Assembly (NCBI RefSeq): GCF_000009705.1
Contig: NC_003272.1
Span: 5,610,001 to 5,642,000, forward strand
From: Nostoc sp. PCC 7120 = FACHB-418
GTDB lineage: Bacteria; Cyanobacteriota; Cyanobacteriia; Cyanobacteriales; Nostocaceae
Direction of reading: 5' to 3'
DNA length: 32,000 nucleotides
Below, one piece after another: positions 27,279 to 32,000 of the stretch; position 1 is the stretch's first letter, and each line of letters opens with the position of its first letter. A model generated the notes under the pieces. That model saw only the letters and a list, made by a program, of their open reading frames with translations, ran no database searches and was not told the DNA's origin. The position numbers and the translations under genes were made by a program.

Positions 27279-29063
27279 TTATTGTGTTGTTGCTGCCCCT
27301 AATTGGAGTGCGTAAAGATTAGCGTAAATACCTTGCTGGCTGACAAGTTCTGCATGAGTACCCCGTTCTATGATTTGCCCTTGCTGAATAACCAATACTT
27401 GATTAGCTTGGGTGACAGTGCTGAGACGGTGGGCAATAACAAAACTGGTGCGACCTTGTAATAAACGAGCGATCGCATCTTGTACTAGAGCTTCTGTACG
27501 GGTATCTATACTACTAGTTGCTTCGTCAAGAATCAAGATGCGGGGGTTAATTAATACGGCACGAGCAATACTAATGAGTTGTCTTTGTCCTTGGCTGAGA
27601 GGCGCGCCCCGTTCACCCAATTTGGTTGTGTAGCCTTGTGGTAGTGAAGTGATAAACTCATGGACGTTTGCCATTTGTGCCGCCGCTTCAATTTCGGCTT
27701 GAGTGGCATAAGGCGCACCAAAAGCAATATTTTCGGCAACAGTACCGCTAAACAAAATATTATCTTGCAAGACAATGCCAATCTGACGGCGGAGACTGGC
27801 TTGAGTCACACTACGCACATCAACGCCATCAATTTTTACTGCACCGTCAGACACATCATAAAAACGCAATATCAAGTTAATAATTGTTGTTTTGCCTGAG
27901 CCTGTTGCCCCTACTAATGCCACCATTTGTCCTGGATTAGCCTGTAAATTCACTCCTTTGAGGACTAGTTGTTCTGGGTTATAACCAAATTTGACATTCT
28001 CGAACGTCACCTTGCCTTGAATAGCAGGCATTTGGGTGGCGTTTGGTGCGTCGTTGAGTTGGGATGGTTCATCTAGTAAGAGGAAAATTCGCTCTAATCC
28101 GGCAAATGCAGATTGAGCTTGGGTGTAAAACTGACTGAGAATTTGGATGGGGCGGAAGAATTGCTGGACGTAAAGTAAAAATGATGTCACTACACCTACT
28201 GTAGCTGCACCTGTCACAGCAAGATAACCACCATAGGCAAGGACACCTGCTGTAGCTAGGGTGTTGAGAAAATCAATTGATGGTAAAAATGCTGCCGTAA
28301 TCGCCACAGCCTCAACGTTGGCATCACGATTAGCGGCGTTGAGAATGTCGAATTCTGCGATGTTGAGATGTACCCGATTAAAGGCTTGGGCTTCTCACAC
28401 ACTGCCAATGTCTTCTTCTAACTTGGCGGAAAGTTCTCCGATGGTTTGTCTGGTGACGCGAAATTTAGTCCTAGCCCACCGGGCAAATAAGCTGGTGGTA
28501 AAAATCATCAGAGGGACGACTAGGTTACTTAACAAACCAAGTTGTAAATTAATAGAGAGCATAGCAATGACAATACCCACCAAACTGAAGGTATTACCTA
28601 GCATTTGTGCCACTGTTTGCCCAAAGGCTTGATTAACAGTGTTGACATCATTTAGCAGACGACTCATTAAATCGCCGGCTTCACTACGGTCAAAAAAGCT
28701 GAGTGGTAAACTCTGAATTTTAGTAAAAATGTCTTGCCTCAACTGAGCCAGTAATCGCTGCATAATCCAGCCGACGCGAATAACTTGCCCACGGATTGCC
28801 CAGATACCAAAACTATAATTTAGCCCTAATAATACTAATAACAGTAGTAATCCTTGTAAATTCCCTTTGGCTATCAGGTTATCAACTGACCAACCCAGTA
28901 AAAACGGCCCGATCGCCTGGGTGGCAGCGCCAGTTAATACTAAACTCAAAGCAATGGGAACTTCTTTGCGAAAGGGACGCAGGTATTGTAAGAAGCGTCG
29001 TAAGGTTGAAAGTTGCTTAGTTGCTTGTTGCTCGGAGGCAATAACTGGGGCTGGAGTTCTCAT
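27279..29063 (-). pseudogene. ABC exporter half-transporter (consensus-site subunit of a heterodimeric pair) interrupted by one in-frame TGA
   Basis: Track ORFs 28395-29117 and 27279-28307 are in the same frame. My read-through gives ...LEEDIGSV-TGA(28395-28397)-EAQAFNRVHLNIAEFDILNAANRDANVEAVAITAAF..., a continuous ABC TMD sequence. The NBD has GATGSGKTT, LSQGQRQ, ILILDEAT and IAHRLST. The probable start is ATG 29063 (MRTPAPV...); the track's upstream extension merely translates the GGGTAAT array. Confidence 0.75.
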
Positions 29064-29065
29064 GG

Positions 29066-29100
29066 GGGTAATGGGTAATGGGTAATGGGTAATGGGTAAT
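29066..29100. repeat. 7-nt tandem repeat GGGTAAT x5 in the 64-nt spacer between the two ABC genes
   Basis: Five exact units at 29066, 29073, 29080, 29087 and 29094. Confidence 0.9.
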
Positions 29101-29127
29101 GAGTTAGGAGTAAACAATCATTACTTC

Positions 29128-30939
29128 TTATGTCTCCCCTGCTCCCCTGCTCCCCCGCTCCTCTGCCTCCTGTCTCTTCTTCACCTGAGATTCCAAAATC
29201 GCGCCGTAAAGTGGGCTAGTTTGCATCAATTCCTCGTGAGTACCTTGGGCTGCTAACCGTCCTTTATCTATGAGAAAAATGCGATCAGCGTTCTTGACTG
29301 TGCTGATACGTTGAGCCACAACAAAGGTGACACAAGCTTTTTGCCGCATCATGCTATCCAGTTCGGCTTGTATTTCGGCGGCGGTTTTGGCATCGACAGC
29401 CGAGGTACTATCATCCAAGATCAAAATACTGTAATCGGTGAGGAGGGTGCGGGCGATCGCTATGCGTTGCTTTTGTCCACCAGATAAACCTACGCCACGT
29501 TCACCAACTATGGTTTCGTAACCATCGGGCAGGCTCATAATAAAATCATGAATTTGAGCAGTTTTCGCTACTTCCATCACCTGTTCTAATGATGCTTTAG
29601 GTTTGGCGTAGGCGATATTTTCGCGGATGGTTCCCGAAAATAGGGTGGTTTCTTGAAATACAATGCCGATGTGCTTTCTCAGGCTGTTGAGGGTGAAGTC
29701 TCGCACATCCTGCCCATCAATGCGAATTGCGCCTTTGGTGACATCATAAAAGCGGGGAATCAGGTTCATGACGGTACTTTTTCCGGAACCTGTCATGCCT
29801 AAAATGGCTATTAATTCGTTAGGTTTAGTTTCAAAGGAAACATCTTTGAGGGCTTCTGTAGCTGCACCAGGATAGCGGAAAGACACATTTTCAAAGGTGA
29901 TTCTACCACCACAAGTTTCAAAGGGAATGGCATCAGCGCGATCGCGGATTTCTACTGCTGCATCTACAACTTCATAGACTCGTTGAGCAGAAGCGGCTGC
30001 TTGGGCGATCGCTGGTGCAGCAAAGCCAATCAGTAAAATTGGTTGCAAAATTAATATGAGATAGGCGTTAAAGGCTACTAGTTCACCAATAGAGAAAGTA
30101 TTACCAATCACCTGCGCCCCACCATAGCCAAACACCGCCAGGGTTACCAAGTTACTCAGTAAAAAGATAAATGGGAAGGTATTACGAATGGCGCGAATTG
30201 TCTTCATGTTAGCCGTAACAAGGGCATCATTCAGACCTGTATAACGTGACCTTTCCGCCGACTCCCGCACAAAAGCTTTAACTACCCTGATACCAATCAG
30301 ATTCTCTTGCAATACAGCATTTAGGTCACTCAGCTGCTCTTGTACTTGCCGGAACAGTCGGTCATTTTGAGTGATGAATCGCGCCATTAACCACCCTGAC
30401 ATGGGTACTACTGTTAAGGTAATTATTGCTAATTGCCAATTCATGATTAGCAAAATTACGGCTGCACTAATCAACGTCACTATTCCACTAATCACCTGAA
30501 TCAAACTAGTACCGATAAAAGTACGAATTTGCTCAATATCACTAGTGACACGGGTTAAGAGTTGAGAAGTTTGTGACTGGTCATGATAGCTAAAACTGAG
30601 ATTTTGAATCTTGCTAAAAATCTTGTTTCGCAATTCATAGGCTACACCTTGGGAAGCCGCCTCTGCCAAATAACTTTGACCAAAATTAAACACACCACGA
30701 GCGATCGCCGCAACTACCATCCAGGCAGCACTGTAAAGCACTATCTGTAAGTCTTTCTTGACAATGCCCTGATCAATTCCCCAGCGAAATAGTTGGGGCG
30801 TCACCGCATTCGCCACCGTCAACAGCAAAAGACTAAACAAAGCCCCCAGCGAAATCAATCTATAATTCCGCAAACTCTCCAATACACGCCCAATTGCCTG
30901 CATTGATGAGTTTTCCTGAAGTTCTGATTGTGGAACCAC
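29128..30939 (-). CDS. ABC exporter half-transporter (degenerate-site subunit of a heterodimeric pair)
   Basis: 603 aa with six TM helices. Walker A GMTGSGKST, canonical signature LSGGQKQR, Walker B ILILDD (Asp instead of the catalytic Glu), H-loop position VAQRIST (Gln instead of His). The track start is GTG 30939; ATG 30903 (MQAIGRV...), preceded by GGAAA, is an equally plausible start. Confidence 0.88.
   Translation of the reverse strand: MVPQSELQENSSMQAIGRVLESLRNYRLISLGALFSLLLLTVANAVTPQLFRWGIDQGIVKKDLQIVLYSAAWMVVAAIARGVFNFGQSYLAEAASQGVAYELRNKIFSKIQNLSFSYHDQSQTSQLLTRVTSDIEQIRTFIGTSLIQVISGIVTLISAAVILLIMNWQLAIITLTVVPMSGWLMARFITQNDRLFRQVQEQLSDLNAVLQENLIGIRVVKAFVRESAERSRYTGLNDALVTANMKTIRAIRNTFPFIFLLSNLVTLAVFGYGGAQVIGNTFSIGELVAFNAYLILILQPILLIGFAAPAIAQAAASAQRVYEVVDAAVEIRDRADAIPFETCGGRITFENVSFRYPGAATEALKDVSFETKPNELIAILGMTGSGKSTVMNLIPRFYDVTKGAIRIDGQDVRDFTLNSLRKHIGIVFQETTLFSGTIRENIAYAKPKASLEQVMEVAKTAQIHDFIMSLPDGYETIVGERGVGLSGGQKQRIAIARTLLTDYSILILDDSTSAVDAKTAAEIQAELDSMMRQKACVTFVVAQRISTVKNADRIFLIDKGRLAAQGTHEELMQTSPLYGAILESQVKKRQEAEERGSRGAGET
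29134..29165. repeat. 8-nt tandem repeat CTCCCCTG (reverse complement of the 9605-9636 repeat) inside the 3' end of the ABC CDS
   Basis: Units are CTCCCCTG, CTCCCCTG, CTCCCCCG, CTCCTCTG. On the minus strand they are translated as the C-terminal tail ...EERGSRGAGET-stop. Confidence 0.8.
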
Positions 30940-30986
30940 TGGAATTTATCCCTGATATCTTTTAAAAATTATCACCTACAAAGGTT

Positions 30987-31016
30987 AAAAAAAGACCCCC
31001 GGTGGTTAACCGAGGG
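30987..31016 (-). terminator. minus-strand rho-independent terminator located upstream of the ABC operon start
   Basis: The minus strand reads CCCTCGG-TTAACCA-CCGGGGG-TCTTTTTTT: a 7-bp GC-rich stem with one mismatch, then 7 T. It sits 48-84 nt upstream of the candidate ABC start codons. Confidence 0.55.
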
Positions 31017-31125
31017 ATTCTGCAAGTCTGTATGGTCGCACAAAGAACATTCGTGAACCTCAGAATACCAACCTGGTAATTATCAAATGTGCCAAATTGC
31101 CAAAATTGGCAGGTAAGCTATTCTG

Positions 31126-31237
31126 CTGTTGACTGTTGACTGTTGACTGTTGACTGTTGACTGTTGATTGTTGACTGTTGACTGTTGACTGTTGACTGTT
31201 GACTGTTGATTGTTGACTGTTGATTGTTGATTGTTAA
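31126..31237. repeat. STRR-type heptamer array, 16 units of CTGTTGA (complement matches STRR3 CAACAGT by cyclic permutation)
   Basis: Counted unit by unit: 12 CTGTTGA, 3 TTGTTGA, 1 TTGTTAA, contiguous with no spacers. Confidence 0.95.
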
Positions 31238-31381
31238 CAGCCCTTATTAGTAGTTATGCAATTTAGACACGTATTAGCTTAGGGACAAATCAATCCCTAA
31301 TCCCTTTTTTGTAACTGATGCCCAATTGTCAAGAGCTTTATGTAAAATTTTAGGTAAAGAAATGTTTCTTGGCTTACGGGA

Positions 31382-32000
31382 ATGAAACGCATCGTTTTGA
31401 TTGCTGGATTTGAATCATTTAATGCTGACTTGTACAGAAAGGCTGCCTTTTTGGCTAATTCTCGCTGTGCTGATTTAGATATTCGTGTGTTTAGCGATCG
31501 CGATATTACCAGCAAGCGCCTAGAAGTGGAAGCGGCATTGCAAGGCGCGGATGTGTTTTTTGGTAGCCTACTATTTGATTATGACCAAGTTGTGTGGTTG
31601 CGCGATCGTGTTTCCCAAATTCCTATCCGCTTAGTATTCGAGTCAGCCTTGGAGTTGATGAGTTTAACTAAGCTGGGTGCTTTTGCCATTGGTGATAAAC
31701 CAAAGGGAATGCCCAAACCTGTTAAATTTATTCTCGACAAATTTAGCAACGGACGAGAAGAAGACAAACTTGCTGGTTATATTAGCTTTTTAAAAATCGG
31801 CCCCAAACTCCTCAAATTCGTTCCCGTGCAGAAAGTCCAAGACTTACGCAACTGGTTAATTATCTATGGTTATTGGAACGCCGGCGGCACTGAAAACGTG
31901 GCTGCTTTATTTTGGACACTAGCAGAAAAATATTTAGATTTAAAAATCGGTGACATTCCCCCACCAATCGAAACCCCCAACATAGGTTTATTGCATCCCG
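31382..32000 (+). CDS. chlH: magnesium chelatase subunit H family protein (ChlH/BchH, CobN superfamily), N-terminal 206 aa; continues beyond the window
   Basis: Frame is open from ATG 31382 to the window end; it is not in the track because no stop lies in the window. MKRIVLIAGFESFNADLYRKAA...GADVFFGSLLFDYDQVVWLRDRV...KLGAFAIGDKPKGMPKPVKFIL...LLKFVPVQKVQDLRNWLIIYGYWNAGGTENVAALFWTLAEKY parallels the N-terminal domain of cyanobacterial ChlH as I recall it (LKVVYVVLESQY...ANLFIASLIFIEDL...[37 protein letters not shown]). Confidence 0.75.
   Translation, partial: MKRIVLIAGFESFNADLYRKAAFLANSRCADLDIRVFSDRDITSKRLEVEAALQGADVFFGSLLFDYDQVVWLRDRVSQIPIRLVFESALELMSLTKLGAFAIGDKPKGMPKPVKFILDKFSNGREEDKLAGYISFLKIGPKLLKFVPVQKVQDLRNWLIIYGYWNAGGTENVAALFWTLAEKYLDLKIGDIPPPIETPNIGLLHP

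Noticed and set aside
28395-28397. In-frame TGA as a selenocysteine or other programmed recoding site
   Set aside because: I could find no convincing SECIS-like hairpin in the about 40 nt downstream. The position corresponds to a non-catalytic TMD/coupling-helix residue (Arg in the paralog). Selenoprotein machinery is not expected here. A nonsense mutation or sequencing error is simpler.
31126-31237. Tandem array considered as a CRISPR locus; the same applies to 29066-29100, 9605-9636 and 22444-22471
   Set aside because: The period is 7-8 nt with no spacers, which is the STRR-type microsatellite pattern. No cas genes are in the window.
31297-31767. Minus-strand ORFs 31297-31515 and 31579-31767
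   Set aside because: They overlap the plus-strand ChlH-family frame, which has strong collinear similarity to known ChlH N-termini. Their translations are featureless.

Overview
The window looks like a chromosomal segment of a filamentous, heterocyst-forming cyanobacterium (Nostoc/Anabaena type). This rests on frequent HIP1 octamers GCGATCGC (e.g. 220-227, 844-851, 3289-3296), several STRR-type 7-nt tandem arrays, small palindromic dispersed repeats and the gene content. I support about 27 protein-coding genes and no rRNA, tRNA, CRISPR or transposase.

Gene order:
- Minus strand: PNPOx-like (partial), holB.
- Plus strand: an AT-rich islet with a mini phage-tail-collar protein and a Gly/Ser/Tyr-rich peptide carrying a double-glycine-like leader.
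- Minus strand: tmk, a secreted protein, an M28 peptidase.
- Plus strand: a DsbD_2/TauE-like::ferric-reductase-like membrane fusion and a secreted anchored protein.
- Minus strand: galE.
- Plus strand: a membrane protein, an ABC exporter, a histidine kinase with an ETR1-type ethylene-binding domain, a HupE/UreJ-like protein, a DEAD-box helicase.
- Minus strand: a sugar transferase.
- Plus strand: a small coiled-coil protein.
- Minus strand: a five-gene operon (hemB, flavoprotein, thrS, COG0523 GTPase, folE) preceded by Zur/Fur-type boxes, then an OmpR-type two-component pair, a LabA/NYN protein, and a heterodimeric ABC exporter pair in which the consensus-site subunit carries an in-frame TGA.
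- Plus strand: the 5' end of a ChlH/BchH-family gene.

Most notable observations:
1. The accessory islet that splits tmk-holB and carries a bacteriocin-like peptide.
2. The zinc-sparing operon, which includes an uncharacterised flavin monooxygenase-like gene.
3. The ethylene-binding-domain kinase followed by an atypical HupE-like transporter.
4. The interrupted ABC subunit.
5. Two orphan intrinsic terminators that imply unannotated small transcripts or leaders.

All family assignments come from reading motifs by eye. No database search was run.
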